Positions 20,516-30,161 of a stretch of DNA of 64,000 bases are shown here, piece by piece. The translations under genes were made by a program, and so were the position numbers. Below the pieces are notes generated by a model, which made no database searches, was not told where the DNA came from, and was given only the letters and a program-made list of their open reading frames with translations. Each line of letters opens with the position of its first letter. Within the stretch, counting starts at the first letter, position 1. Source of the DNA: an uncultured Rikenellaceae bacterium (GTDB taxonomy: Bacteria > Bacteroidota > Bacteroidia > Bacteroidales > VadinHA17); NCBI GenBank assembly GCA_964638545.1, contig CAZXAM010000009.1, positions 2,935 through 66,934 of the forward strand, in the 5' to 3' direction.

Positions 20516-20539
20516 CCCCCCTTCAGGGGGGTTGGGGGG
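20516..20539. repeat. G6/C6 hairpin element (CCCCCC-ttca-GGGGGG-tt-GGGGGG)
   Basis: Seen directly; abuts the stop of the 20545 gene. It belongs to the G5/C5 hairpin family also found at 26034, 55073, 55123, 56502, 56557 and 58143. Confidence 0.8.
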
Positions 20540-20544
20540 TGTTT

Positions 20545-21249
20545 TTATTTCTTCAGCTGGAATATGCTGTCGTCCATAGGTATATTGACTTCCACATTTG
20601 AATAAGTCTGCACAATTTCCTGTCCCATAACCGACCTGGTATTCTTCATCGCCATGAATAATCCATTAACTTCCCTGTAATCAGAAGGATATGTGTCCAT
20701 GGTTATTGATTGTCCCTGTGACACTACTGTCGCTGAAGACTTGGTCAGAAGATAAGAAGCCTTGTCAATGAACAGATCCGTTACGATTCCTCCCTCGAGG
20801 GTGGCCTTTATTTTAAAAGCCGGACTTCCGTTGACTGTCCCTTCTCCTGCAAGGGTAAGCTGTCCGTTCTTCAGATAGGAATCCATGTAATTTGAAAACA
20901 TATTGCTATTCTGCAGGGTTTTAAGAGTCTGTGCATCCAATTCAACAGGATCGGCTGATCCTGCCACCGGACTGATCGTATAACCCTTTACACCATCAAA
21001 AACCTGAACCATCTCCTGCCCGTTTATATTGGTGACAGATTTGATCTTATCTGGATTCTTCATCCAGATTTCTATCGGAAGATCCATTCCCATCATCGAC
21101 ATTTTTCCGGTCATTTTGATAGTCTTGAGGGAAGCCACCTTGTCCAGCTTGTTGGCAGCAGTAAACTTTTTGACAATTTCTTCAAGCGATTGGGCATTTA
21201 CAATTGCAACGGCAAGAAGGCATGTAATCAATAAAAATAATTTTTTCAT
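20545..21249 (-). CDS. secreted protein, LolA-fold / outer-membrane lipoprotein-sorting-like (tentative)
   Basis: 234 aa with a signal peptide (LLAVAIVNAQS). Overall resemblance to the family annotated as outer membrane lipoprotein-sorting protein. Coding is confident; the function is tentative. Confidence 0.55.
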   Translation of the reverse strand: MKKLFLLITCLLAVAIVNAQSLEEIVKKFTAANKLDKVASLKTIKMTGKMSMMGMDLPIEIWMKNPDKIKSVTNINGQEMVQVFDGVKGYTISPVAGSADPVELDAQTLKTLQNSNMFSNYMDSYLKNGQLTLAGEGTVNGSPAFKIKATLEGGIVTDLFIDKASYLLTKSSATVVSQGQSITMDTYPSDYREVNGLFMAMKNTRSVMGQEIVQTYSNVEVNIPMDDSIFQLKK

Positions 21250-21266
21250 ACTAATTTTAAATGAGG

Positions 21267-22100
21267 TTAATTGTTAAATGAATTTATCGTTTTTCTGATC
21301 GCAACGAGCTTTTTCAACAGATCATCCATAAGTGCAAGATTCAGCATGTTTGCACCATCTGATTTTGCTTTAGCAGGATCGGGATGCGTTTCAATGAATA
21401 TGCCGTCAGCGCCGACACTTATGGCTGCCTTTCCGATGGTCTCTATCATTTCCGGGTTGCCTCCCGAAACTCCTGTCTCCTGGTTAGGCTGCTGAAGAGA
21501 ATGCGTTATATCCATGATAACAGGGACCTTGTTCTTCTGCATTATTGGAATATTCCTGAAATCTACTACGATATCCTGATATCCGAACATGGTGCCCCGG
21601 TCGGTAACCATTATTTTCTCATTTCCGGAATCCCTCACTTTTTCAATTGCAAACTTCATCGATGCACCTGAAAGGAATTGACCTTTCTTTATGTTGATCC
21701 ACTTTCCTGTTTTTGCAGCAGCTGCGAGAAGGTCGGTCTGACGGCAGAGAAATGCAGGTATCTGAAGTATATCAACATACTGCGCGGCGAGATCTGCCTC
21801 ATCAGGATTATGTATATCGGTAATCACGGGAATGGAAAACTTTTTCTTTATGCCGGCAAGTATCTTTAAGGCTTTCTCGTCGCCTATGCCGGAAAATGAA
21901 TCAATTTTTGATCTGTTGGCTTTTCTGTAGGATGCCTTGAAAACATACGGGATCTTGTATTTGTCAGAAAGTTTACAGAGGACTTCAGCTATCTGGTTGA
22001 CAATCTCTTCTCCTTCCACGACACATGGTCCTGCGATCAGAAGAAAATTACCAGTCTCTCCGTATTTTATTCCGGGAATTTCCTTAAAGCCTTGGTTCAT
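21267..22100 (-). CDS. kdsA: 3-deoxy-8-phosphooctulonate synthase
   Basis: LIAGPCVVE, FKASYRKANRS, ITDIH, IPAFLCRQTDLL, DITHSLQ and ETHPDP motifs. Confidence 0.9.
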   Translation of the reverse strand: MNQGFKEIPGIKYGETGNFLLIAGPCVVEGEEIVNQIAEVLCKLSDKYKIPYVFKASYRKANRSKIDSFSGIGDEKALKILAGIKKKFSIPVITDIHNPDEADLAAQYVDILQIPAFLCRQTDLLAAAAKTGKWINIKKGQFLSGASMKFAIEKVRDSGNEKIMVTDRGTMFGYQDIVVDFRNIPIMQKNKVPVIMDITHSLQQPNQETGVSGGNPEMIETIGKAAISVGADGIFIETHPDPAKAKSDGANMLNLALMDDLLKKLVAIRKTINSFNN

Positions 22101-22169
22101 TCAGGTGTAAAACGTAAAGTTAACAAAATATTCTCCTGATATTCAAATATCATACCAGAGTGAAATTCA

Positions 22170-22268
22170 CTCTGTGGAACTCTGTGCTTCTCCGGATTTA
22201 CTCTGTGGAAGTTTTTCTTTTCAGGAACTTGCACAGAGAGACACAGAGAACCACAGAGCTTCACAGAG
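22170..22268. repeat. inverted blocks of the heptamer CTCTGTG (x3) and CACAGAG (x4), phased every 10 bp
   Basis: CTCTGTG at 22170, 22180 and 22201. CACAGAG at 22232, 22242, 22252 and 22262. The array ends 4 nt from the rarA stop. Confidence 0.95.
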
Positions 22269-22272
22269 AAGA

Positions 22273-23571
22273 TTATTTGTCATAATCGTATATATCTTTC
22301 CAGAGGTTCTTTAGCCTCTTCCTGATTTCTTCCTCTTTGGGAGTATTCCCAGGATCGTAAAACTGCGTGCCTTTTATTTCTTCAGGCAGGTAATTTTCTT
22401 TCACGAAGTTGCCTTCAAAATTATGAGCATACTGATATCCCTTGTGATACCCGAGATCCTTCATCAGCTTTGTTGGGGCATTTCTCAGGTGCAGCGGAAC
22501 CGGGAGGTCACCATGTTCCTCAACAGACCCTGATGCATTTTCAATTGCCATATAGGAGGCATTGCTTTTGGGCGACGTTGCAAGGTAAACAGCAGCTTCT
22601 GCAAGTATTATCCTTGATTCGGGCCATCCTATTACATTCACAGCCTCAAAGCACGACTGCGCCAGGAGGAGGGCATTTGGGTTGGCCAGGCCTATGTCCT
22701 CGGCTGCCAGAATGATCATCCGCCTGGCAATGAACTTTAAATCCTCCCCGCCGGCTGTCATCCTGGCAAGCCAGTAAACAGCGGCATTGGGATCGCTGCC
22801 CCTTATGGATTTTATGAATGCGGAAATTATATCGTAATGCTGCTCACCGTTCTTATCATACATGGCAAGATTCTTCTGAACAATGGTGAGAACCTTTTCA
22901 TTATTGATCGTTATCTTCTCTTCTTTGCCCTTATCTGCTTCAGATGAAACCACAAGCTCCAGAGCATTGTAGAGCTTCCTCGCATCGCCTCCTGAAATTC
23001 TTATCAGGGCTTCATATTCCTCAATAACTACATTATAGACTGAAAGGTAAGTATCCTTTTTAAGAGCTTTATCCAGCAGATCCCTGAGCTGCTCTTCACT
23101 GAGCGGATTCATTGTGTAAACCTGGCATCGCGAAAGGAGAGGAGATATGACTTCAAAAGAAGGATTTTCCGTAGTTGCCCCTATAAGTGTAATTATGCCT
23201 TGCTCGACAGCGCTCAGAAGCGAATCCTGCTGCGATTTATTGAAACGGTGTATTTCATCGATGAATAATACCGGATTAGGCTGATTGAAAAATTGCTGTT
23301 TCTTTGCCTTTTCAATAGTCTCCCTGACATCTTTAACACCTGAATGAACGGCGCTCAGGTGAAAGAATGGACGTTTGAGAGTGTGGGAGATGATCCATGC
23401 CAGAGTTGTTTTTCCTACACCGGGAGGTCCCCAAAGTATGAATGAAGGAATATTTCCCGATTCAATTACTTTTCTTAATACCGCACCCTTTCCGACCAGA
23501 TGCTCCTGTCCGCAAAACTCATCAAGGCTCTTTGGCCTCAGCCTGTCTGCAAGCGGTTGATTCGCCAGCAT
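22273..23571 (-). CDS. rarA: replication-associated recombination protein A (AAA+ ATPase)
   Basis: [15 protein letters not shown], Walker [20 protein letters not shown], and C-terminal MgsA-type YYDP-like region. Confidence 0.9.
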   Translation of the reverse strand: MLANQPLADRLRPKSLDEFCGQEHLVGKGAVLRKVIESGNIPSFILWGPPGVGKTTLAWIISHTLKRPFFHLSAVHSGVKDVRETIEKAKKQQFFNQPNPVLFIDEIHRFNKSQQDSLLSAVEQGIITLIGATTENPSFEVISPLLSRCQVYTMNPLSEEQLRDLLDKALKKDTYLSVYNVVIEEYEALIRISGGDARKLYNALELVVSSEADKGKEEKITINNEKVLTIVQKNLAMYDKNGEQHYDIISAFIKSIRGSDPNAAVYWLARMTAGGEDLKFIARRMIILAAEDIGLANPNALLLAQSCFEAVNVIGWPESRIILAEAAVYLATSPKSNASYMAIENASGSVEEHGDLPVPLHLRNAPTKLMKDLGYHKGYQYAHNFEGNFVKENYLPEEIKGTQFYDPGNTPKEEEIRKRLKNLWKDIYDYDK

Positions 23572-23964
23572 AAATTCTTGTTTGCGTAAAAGTAATTAAA
23601 TTTGAAAGCAATAAAAACGAACCATTCGTTTCATGAAAAAAATCCCTCCCCGCAGCAGGGAACATCGGCGGCGGCGGATTCATGATTATTGGGACATGAA
23701 TTGCGACAAACCGTGGGCTGTGCAGAGTGAATGCAGACGGCATTTTACAGGATGGGAGGCTGACAGGGGCAGCTGACAGGCGCGGGGATAACTCAGCATG
23801 TGGATACTGAGACTTGCTGATGTTGAATATTTTTTACTAAATTGCTTCGATTTTATTTTCATTACAAAAAATAAATTAATACTTTTAACAATTAAAAGCG
23901 GCATATTTAAGGAAATTTTCAAGGTGATTATTGTATTTGACTACTTTCAGATATTAATTCAGTT

Positions 23965-25131
23965 ATGAAAAAAGCACTGACAATTGTAGTAATTATTCTA
24001 GCATTATTACTTGCCCTGCCTGTAATAAATTTCATCCGCTGGACTTTCCAGGCCAAGAAGCCTATAGGCCTTGTTATTGTTGACAAAACTGTTCCTACAC
24101 TTGATCGCGAAAAGCACAAGTCATTTAACTGGATTATTACAAATAACAGGTATGTCAGCAAGGAGAAAAAGACCAGCTATTCTTACCGGAAAGATTATTA
24201 TGGATTCTACCCTATGAGGCCTCTCAAGGAAAAACAGTGGAATAATGTCAGATATAATATGGAGGAGGCAATTCAGGTGCTTCCCGCTAATAACGACGCC
24301 GTATATTTTACCGATACATATGGGGTTTTCATCAGCGACTGGTTCCCAACTTTCAGCCCTCCGAGAAGGACACGCAAGCTCGAAGGTGCCCTCAATGGAA
24401 ACGATAATTACCTGATCCAGGAGATGAAGAATAAGAATAAACTGGTTATCCTTGAATATAATACTTTCGACTGGCCGACTGGCGAATATGAATCATTCAG
24501 ATTACAGGACAGGCTCGGATTGAAATGGTCAGGATGGACAGGAAAATACTTCGAATCACTCGATACTACACAAAAAGCAAAAAAGGAATTCCCGCTCTGG
24601 ATGACCCAGATGTACAGGAAGCAATACAAGCAACCATGGACATTTACAAAAGCCGGGATCGTTCTCCTGAAAGATAAAGCTATTATGGTTCTTGAAGAAG
24701 GCTCAATGCTCACCAAAGCCATCCCTTCTATAATTTCAGACTCTGCCTACGTTGAAAAATGGGGCCTGGCGAAATCAGTCTCTTTTGACCAGTGGTTTGA
24801 TATTATTGAACCGCAACAGAATACGGTGATCTCTAAATTCAGGATCGAAACAACACCCGAAGCAGACAGCCTTCTTGCAAAGTACGGCCTTAAAAATGAA
24901 TTCCCGGCTGTAGTAATGGATCCGGCATCCCAGAGGACATTCTACTTCAGCGGCGATTTCTGCCATACCAACATTCCATACTGGACATCAAGGTTTAAAA
25001 GCGTGGAAAAGATGAAAGGTTTGCTGTACTCAAAAAGACCTGATGACCTGAGAAGATTCTTCTGGGTGTATTATAAGCCTCTGATCGAAGGTATTTTTGA
25101 CGACTACTATAAAACCCTGAAAACTAATTAG
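23965..25131 (+). CDS. membrane-anchored hypothetical protein
   Basis: 388 aa with a single N-terminal TM (ALTIVVIILALLLALPVINFI). I recognise no motif. Confidence 0.6.
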   Translation: MKKALTIVVIILALLLALPVINFIRWTFQAKKPIGLVIVDKTVPTLDREKHKSFNWIITNNRYVSKEKKTSYSYRKDYYGFYPMRPLKEKQWNNVRYNMEEAIQVLPANNDAVYFTDTYGVFISDWFPTFSPPRRTRKLEGALNGNDNYLIQEMKNKNKLVILEYNTFDWPTGEYESFRLQDRLGLKWSGWTGKYFESLDTTQKAKKEFPLWMTQMYRKQYKQPWTFTKAGIVLLKDKAIMVLEEGSMLTKAIPSIISDSAYVEKWGLAKSVSFDQWFDIIEPQQNTVISKFRIETTPEADSLLAKYGLKNEFPAVVMDPASQRTFYFSGDFCHTNIPYWTSRFKSVEKMKGLLYSKRPDDLRRFFWVYYKPLIEGIFDDYYKTLKTN

Positions 25132-25217
25132 AACAACAAACAAGTAGCGTGATAAAAGTACAGGCAAAAATTTGTCTGTGCTTTTTTAATTTCTACCCAT
25201 TAATAAAATGCGGAACA

Positions 25218-25985
25218 ATGAGAATCTCGGTTGTTCAACCTGATATCCTCTGGGAAGACAAATCCAGCAACTTTCGCAATTATGAAGGATTGATGTCAAA
25301 GATTAAAGATCCTGACATTATCATTCTCCCGGAGATGTTTTCAACCGGTTTTACAGACAGCATTGAGAACCATGGAGAGCCGCCGGAAAGTGAAACTTTC
25401 GACTGGATGATCCATATGGCGGAAAAAAGCTCTTCAGGCATCTGTGGAAGCTATATTGTCAAAGCCGGGAACAAGTATTTCAACAGGTTTGTATTCGTAT
25501 CTCCGGAAAGGAAATCATGGTTTTATGATAAGCGGCACCTCTTCAAAATGGATGATGTTGAAAACAACCTGACAACCGGAAGAAAACGCCTTGTTTTCAA
25601 GTTCAGAGGCTTCAGGATCTGCCCTAACATCTGTTATGATCTAAGATTCCCGGTATGGAGCAGGAACCGGGATGACTACGATCTTCTGATAAATTCAGCA
25701 AACTGGCCAATGGCGCGCCGCGACGTATGGATCATCCTTTTAAAAGCCAGGGCTATCGAAAACCTCTGCTATGTGGCAGGCGCAAACCGGATCGGAACTG
25801 ATGGAACAGGTACAAAATACTGCGGTGATTCTATGATCCTTGGTCCAAAAGGGGAGGAGCTGGCTTCTGCTGAACAGAATAAAGAATGTTCTGTTACAGC
25901 CGATATCTCGCTCCCGGAATTAAAGGCTTTCCGGAAGAAATTCCCAGCCCATCTCGACGCAGATAAATTTAAAGTTATTTTATAA
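25218..25985 (+). CDS. carbon-nitrogen hydrolase (nitrilase superfamily, omega-amidase/YafV-like)
   Basis: Glu-Lys-Cys triad contexts LPEMF, KRHLF and CYDLRFP. The ATG at 25218 (MRISVVQPD...) is preferred over the GTG at 25149. Confidence 0.8.
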   Translation: MRISVVQPDILWEDKSSNFRNYEGLMSKIKDPDIIILPEMFSTGFTDSIENHGEPPESETFDWMIHMAEKSSSGICGSYIVKAGNKYFNRFVFVSPERKSWFYDKRHLFKMDDVENNLTTGRKRLVFKFRGFRICPNICYDLRFPVWSRNRDDYDLLINSANWPMARRDVWIILLKARAIENLCYVAGANRIGTDGTGTKYCGDSMILGPKGEELASAEQNKECSVTADISLPELKAFRKKFPAHLDADKFKVIL

Positions 25986-25988
25986 TCG

Positions 25989-26033
25989 GTCATTGCGAGG
26001 ATCCCGTTTTAGCGGGAGACGAAGCAATCCCCC
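25989..26033 (+). repeat. single copy of the GTCATTGCGAGGA-[hairpin]-GACGAAGCAATCCCCC element
   Basis: Same arms as 11528-11563, but the core is TCCCG-ttttag-CGGGA. Confidence 0.8.
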
Positions 26034-26059
26034 TCTCACCAGATCGCCCCCTCGCCCCC

Positions 26060-28999
26060 TCACTTCTTAAGCGCCTCATAAAGTATCTCAACCGGGTGTT
26101 TTGCACTCCTTCCCGTCCCATCCTTTATGTGGTGTCTGCAGCTTGTTCCGGGTGCAGCGATGATGGTGCCTCCTTCTGCATCCCTTATCTCCGGGAACAG
26201 GATCATTTCACCTATCTTGTTCGACAGTTCAAAATGTTCTTTTTCATATCCGAAAGAACCAGCCATGCCGCAGCATCCGGAAGGAATTTCCTTCACCTTG
26301 TAACCTGTGGGGATAGAAAGAAGCTTGACGGAACAAGCTGACGAGCTGATTGCCTTCTGCTGGCAGTGTGCATGCAGGAGAATTTCAGCCGGCGTGTCTG
26401 CGAATAGCCCCGCCCGGATGTTTCCAGCCTCGTATTCGTTGACCATGAACTCATCTATGAGCCAGGAGTTTGATGCAATCCTGTTTGCCGCATCCTTCAG
26501 GTCGTCACCTGCAAGTTCAGGATATTCATCCCTGAAACCGAGAATTGCTGATGGTTCAATTCCCACCAGAGGCACTTCATTGCTTACAACATCAGAAAGG
26601 GCTGCCAGGTTCTTACGAACCACCTTTCTTGCTTTTCTGATCATTCCTTTAGAAATGAAAGTCCGGGCGCTGACCCCATGATTTACGGTCTTTACTTCAT
26701 AACCGAGAGAGGTCAGGAGCCTTACAGCCGATATTCCGGTTGGGGTGTCATTGAAATTTGTGAATTCATCAATAAAAAGGCAGATGGTTTTTTTGGGTTT
26801 TTCAGGATTGATCGAACTCAGATTTCTTTTAAGCCACCTTCTGAGTGTTGTTTTATATAATAACGGTATCGATCTTTTCTGAGCAAATCCTGTCATTCTT
26901 TTTATCAGTGACGATAAGATCTTATTGCCTGCAAAAAAGTTGAAGACTGAAGGTGCAATTGATCCTATCCTGTCTATGGCAGGAATAAATGCAATTAAAA
27001 GAGTCCGGAAAGGAATACCATGCTTGTCATACCAGTGCTGAAGGAATTCCGATTTGAGTTTTGCAATATCTACTCCGGAGGGACATTCGGCTTTGCATCC
27101 TTTGCAGGATACGCATAGGTCCAGCACTTCGTAAATCTCCCTGTGATTCCATGTGTTATCAGGATCAGAGCCAAGAAACTCCCTTACTATATTTGCCCTG
27201 GCTCTTGTGCAGAGCTGCTCATCGCCTGTCGCCATGAATGTAGGGCACATCGTACCCCCGATTATGGTTGTCTTCCTGCAGTCGCCTGATCCGTTGCATC
27301 TTTCAGCCGCTCTTATTATCCCGTCAGAAGAAGAAAAATCATATATGGTTTCTATTTCCGGTGTAATGATCCCAGGTTCATACCTCAAGTGCGTATTCAT
27401 CCTGGGAGTATCGGTTATTTTCCCCGGATTTAGCAGGCAATCCGGGTCCCAGGCTCTCTTTACCTGCTTCAGCAGCCCATAATTATGCTCCCCTATTATC
27501 AGCGGAATGAATTCACCCCTCAGCCTTCCGTCACCATGTTCACCGCTCATCGATCCCCAGTACTTCTTGACAAGCTTTGCTGTTTCAGTTCCTATAATTC
27601 TGAAGAGCTCCACGTCAGCAGGGTCTTTCAGATTGAGTACAGGCCTGATGTGAAGTTCTCCTGTTCCTATATGTGCATGGTAGACTACTTCCTTTCCGTA
27701 TACCGAAAGCATCTTTTCAAAATCAGCGATATATTCCGGCATCTGTTTTACATTCACGGCGGTATCTTCGATAAGCGAAACAGGTTTCGGATCTCCTTTC
27801 ATGTTCGTAAGAACGCCCAGGCCTGCTTTTCTCAGATCCCATACTCTGGAGATGTTTTTTCCTTTTACGATCGGAAAAGCATAACCAAAGCCCGATGACT
27901 TTAATTCATTGATCATTGCGTTTATCTGATCGTCAAGTTCATCAGGATCCTTCCGGGCAAATTCGACTATAACTATTGAAGCAGGCTCTCCTTCAAGGAA
28001 GAACCTGTTCTTTTTCTGACTGAGATTGTCTTCGGTAAGCTTAAGTATCCTGTCATCCATCATTTCCACAGCTGATGGATTATACTTAAGCGCTATAAGG
28101 TTAGCAAGGAAAGCATCATTTCTTTTTGCAAGGTGCACGCATACCAGAGCTTTCTCTGAAGGAGGAAGCTCCACCAGATTAAGTTTAATTTCAGTGGTTA
28201 TAGCCAGAGTGCCTTCAGAGCCGGCAAGAATATTGCAGAAGTTGAATTTTCTTTTACTTCCGTCTTCAAACAGCTCTGAGTCTGAAAGAAGGTCAAGAGC
28301 ATATCCTGTATTTCTTCTCGGGATTGCCGGATCAGGAAATTCATCACGTATTTTTTCTCTGTTGGTCTTATCATTCAGCATTTCCTTTGCCTGACGGTAG
28401 ATACTCCCCTCAAGATTATCCATCAGGCATTTATGTTCAAAGGTCTCCCTTGAAACGGAGTTGAAAACAGCTTCGCTGCCGTCACTTAAAAGGGTCTTCA
28501 ATTCAATTATATGATCCCTTGTCGATCCGTAAATGATTGAATGCGACCCGCATGCATTATTGCCAACCATTCCGCCGATATTGCACCTGTTTGCTGTCGA
28601 TGTTTCCGGACCAAAAAAGAGTCCGTGCTTCTTAAGGCTCATGTTCAGCTCGTCAAGCACAACCCCTGGTTCCACTATTACCCATTTCTCGTCTTTGTTT
28701 ATTTCGATGATCTTTTTCATGTATCTCGAAATATCCACAATGAGCCCTGAGCTTACAACCTGGCCTGCAAGAGAGGTTCCGGCCGCTCTCATTGTTATAC
28801 CTGCCTTAACCTCTTTTGCAAAGGCAATTATCTTTCTGATATCATTGGAATTCTTCGGCCATATAACAGCAAGAGGTTCTTCCTTGTAAGCCGAAGCATC
28901 GGTTGAGAAAATTTTCCTGGTAATCCTGTCGTGTCTGATGTCTCCTTCCAGGGTTTTTGAGAGGTCATCGAGTCGCGTATAAAAGAGATTCTTTTCCAT
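26060..28999 (-). CDS. FAD-binding oxidase fused to Fe-S/CCG domains (GlcD-GlcF fusion, YdiJ-like 2-hydroxyacid dehydrogenase)
   Basis: N-terminal FAD_binding_4 type region. Central ferredoxin-like CxxCxxCxxxCP (CVSCKGCKAECP). C-terminal Cys-rich repeats (HAHCQQKA, GCCGMAGSFG). The start MEKNLFY at 28999 is preferred over 29038. Confidence 0.8.
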   Translation of the reverse strand: MEKNLFYTRLDDLSKTLEGDIRHDRITRKIFSTDASAYKEEPLAVIWPKNSNDIRKIIAFAKEVKAGITMRAAGTSLAGQVVSSGLIVDISRYMKKIIEINKDEKWVIVEPGVVLDELNMSLKKHGLFFGPETSTANRCNIGGMVGNNACGSHSIIYGSTRDHIIELKTLLSDGSEAVFNSVSRETFEHKCLMDNLEGSIYRQAKEMLNDKTNREKIRDEFPDPAIPRRNTGYALDLLSDSELFEDGSKRKFNFCNILAGSEGTLAITTEIKLNLVELPPSEKALVCVHLAKRNDAFLANLIALKYNPSAVEMMDDRILKLTEDNLSQKKNRFFLEGEPASIVIVEFARKDPDELDDQINAMINELKSSGFGYAFPIVKGKNISRVWDLRKAGLGVLTNMKGDPKPVSLIEDTAVNVKQMPEYIADFEKMLSVYGKEVVYHAHIGTGELHIRPVLNLKDPADVELFRIIGTETAKLVKKYWGSMSGEHGDGRLRGEFIPLIIGEHNYGLLKQVKRAWDPDCLLNPGKITDTPRMNTHLRYEPGIITPEIETIYDFSSSDGIIRAAERCNGSGDCRKTTIIGGTMCPTFMATGDEQLCTRARANIVREFLGSDPDNTWNHREIYEVLDLCVSCKGCKAECPSGVDIAKLKSEFLQHWYDKHGIPFRTLLIAFIPAIDRIGSIAPSVFNFFAGNKILSSLIKRMTGFAQKRSIPLLYKTTLRRWLKRNLSSINPEKPKKTICLFIDEFTNFNDTPTGISAVRLLTSLGYEVKTVNHGVSARTFISKGMIRKARKVVRKNLAALSDVVSNEVPLVGIEPSAILGFRDEYPELAGDDLKDAANRIASNSWLIDEFMVNEYEAGNIRAGLFADTPAEILLHAHCQQKAISSSACSVKLLSIPTGYKVKEIPSGCCGMAGSFGYEKEHFELSNKIGEMILFPEIRDAEGGTIIAAPGTSCRHHIKDGTGRSAKHPVEILYEALKK

Positions 29000-29125
29000 A
29001 GATTTTAAACCCGCTAATTTAAAATAAAGAACTTTCACACAATCATGATTTTCCCGGTTGTTTAATAGAATTTTTTTTTCGTACTTTATAAAATCATTTA
29101 AAACTTTTTAAACTACTGATTTACA

Positions 29126-30133
29126 ATGGAATTATTGGATCGAATCAAGCAGAACGCGCGGGAATATAATATGAGGATAGTGCTCCCCGAAGGATATGAA
29201 GAAAGAAACATCAAAGCCGCTGACATTGCAATAGCTGAAGGATTGGCCAGGATCATTCTCCTCGGCGATCCGGTTGAGATGAGAGCCCATGCAGCAAAAC
29301 TCGGGCTCAAAAATATTGAAAGAGCGACGCTGATAGATCCGAAGAACCATGCACACAAGCAACATTATATTGATATGATGGTTGAACTTCGGGGAAGCAA
29401 GGGCATGACCCCTGCCGAAGCTGCGAGACTGATCGAGGATCCGCTCTACCTTGGTGTTCTTATGATCAAGAATGGTGACGCCGACGGAGAAGTATCCGGA
29501 GCAGATCATGCTACCGGCGATGTGCTCAGGCCAGCGTTTCATTATGTAAAGACCGCCCCCGGCATTTCAGTCGTTTCAGGCGCTTTTATTATGATTCTTC
29601 AGGATAAGAACTTCGGAGAAAACGGAATTCTTGTGTTCGCCGACAGCGCTGTACATCCTGATCCTTCCGATAAACAGTTGGCTGAAATTGCAGTTGCATC
29701 TGCTCATACTGCCAGAGCCATCTGCGGATTTGAACCTAAGGTGGCCTTGCTGAGCTTTTCAACAAAGGGAAGTGCAAAGCATGAGATGGTGGACAAGGTT
29801 ATAAGTGCTGCATCGATTGCTAAACAAATGGCTCCGGATCTCATGATTGAAGGAGAGCTCCAGGGCGATGCCGCTCTTGTTGAGTCAATTGGCCAGAAGA
29901 AAGCCCCGGGAAGCAAGATTGCAGGTAAAGCAAATGTTCTTATCTTTCCTGACCTCAATTGCGGAAATATAGCATATAAGCTGGTTCAACGTCTTGCTCA
30001 TGCCGAAGCAATAGGCCCGGTTCTGCAGGGAATGGCAGCACCAATAAACGATCTGTCGAGGGGCTGTTCTGTAAGCGATATTGTCAGTATGATCGCAATA
30101 ACCGCAAACCAGGCAGCAGGAATGAAGAAATAA
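29126..30133 (+). CDS. pta: phosphate acetyltransferase (short form)
   Basis: RIVLPEG.EER...AA, typical PTA_PTB C-terminal INDLSRG. Confidence 0.85.
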   Translation: MELLDRIKQNAREYNMRIVLPEGYEERNIKAADIAIAEGLARIILLGDPVEMRAHAAKLGLKNIERATLIDPKNHAHKQHYIDMMVELRGSKGMTPAEAARLIEDPLYLGVLMIKNGDADGEVSGADHATGDVLRPAFHYVKTAPGISVVSGAFIMILQDKNFGENGILVFADSAVHPDPSDKQLAEIAVASAHTARAICGFEPKVALLSFSTKGSAKHEMVDKVISAASIAKQMAPDLMIEGELQGDAALVESIGQKKAPGSKIAGKANVLIFPDLNCGNIAYKLVQRLAHAEAIGPVLQGMAAPINDLSRGCSVSDIVSMIAITANQAAGMKK

Positions 30134-30161
30134 TAGTTCCAACTTATTCAATAACGTCATA

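Noticed and set aside
23641-23790. Assigning the GC-rich island to a known RNA class (cobalamin riboswitch, SRP RNA, 6S RNA, tmRNA)
   Set aside because: I found no B12 box (GCCACTG), no SRP domain IV GGAA/AGCA motif, no tmRNA tag or tRNA-like ends, and the length and bubble layout do not fit 6S. It is kept only as an unclassified candidate.
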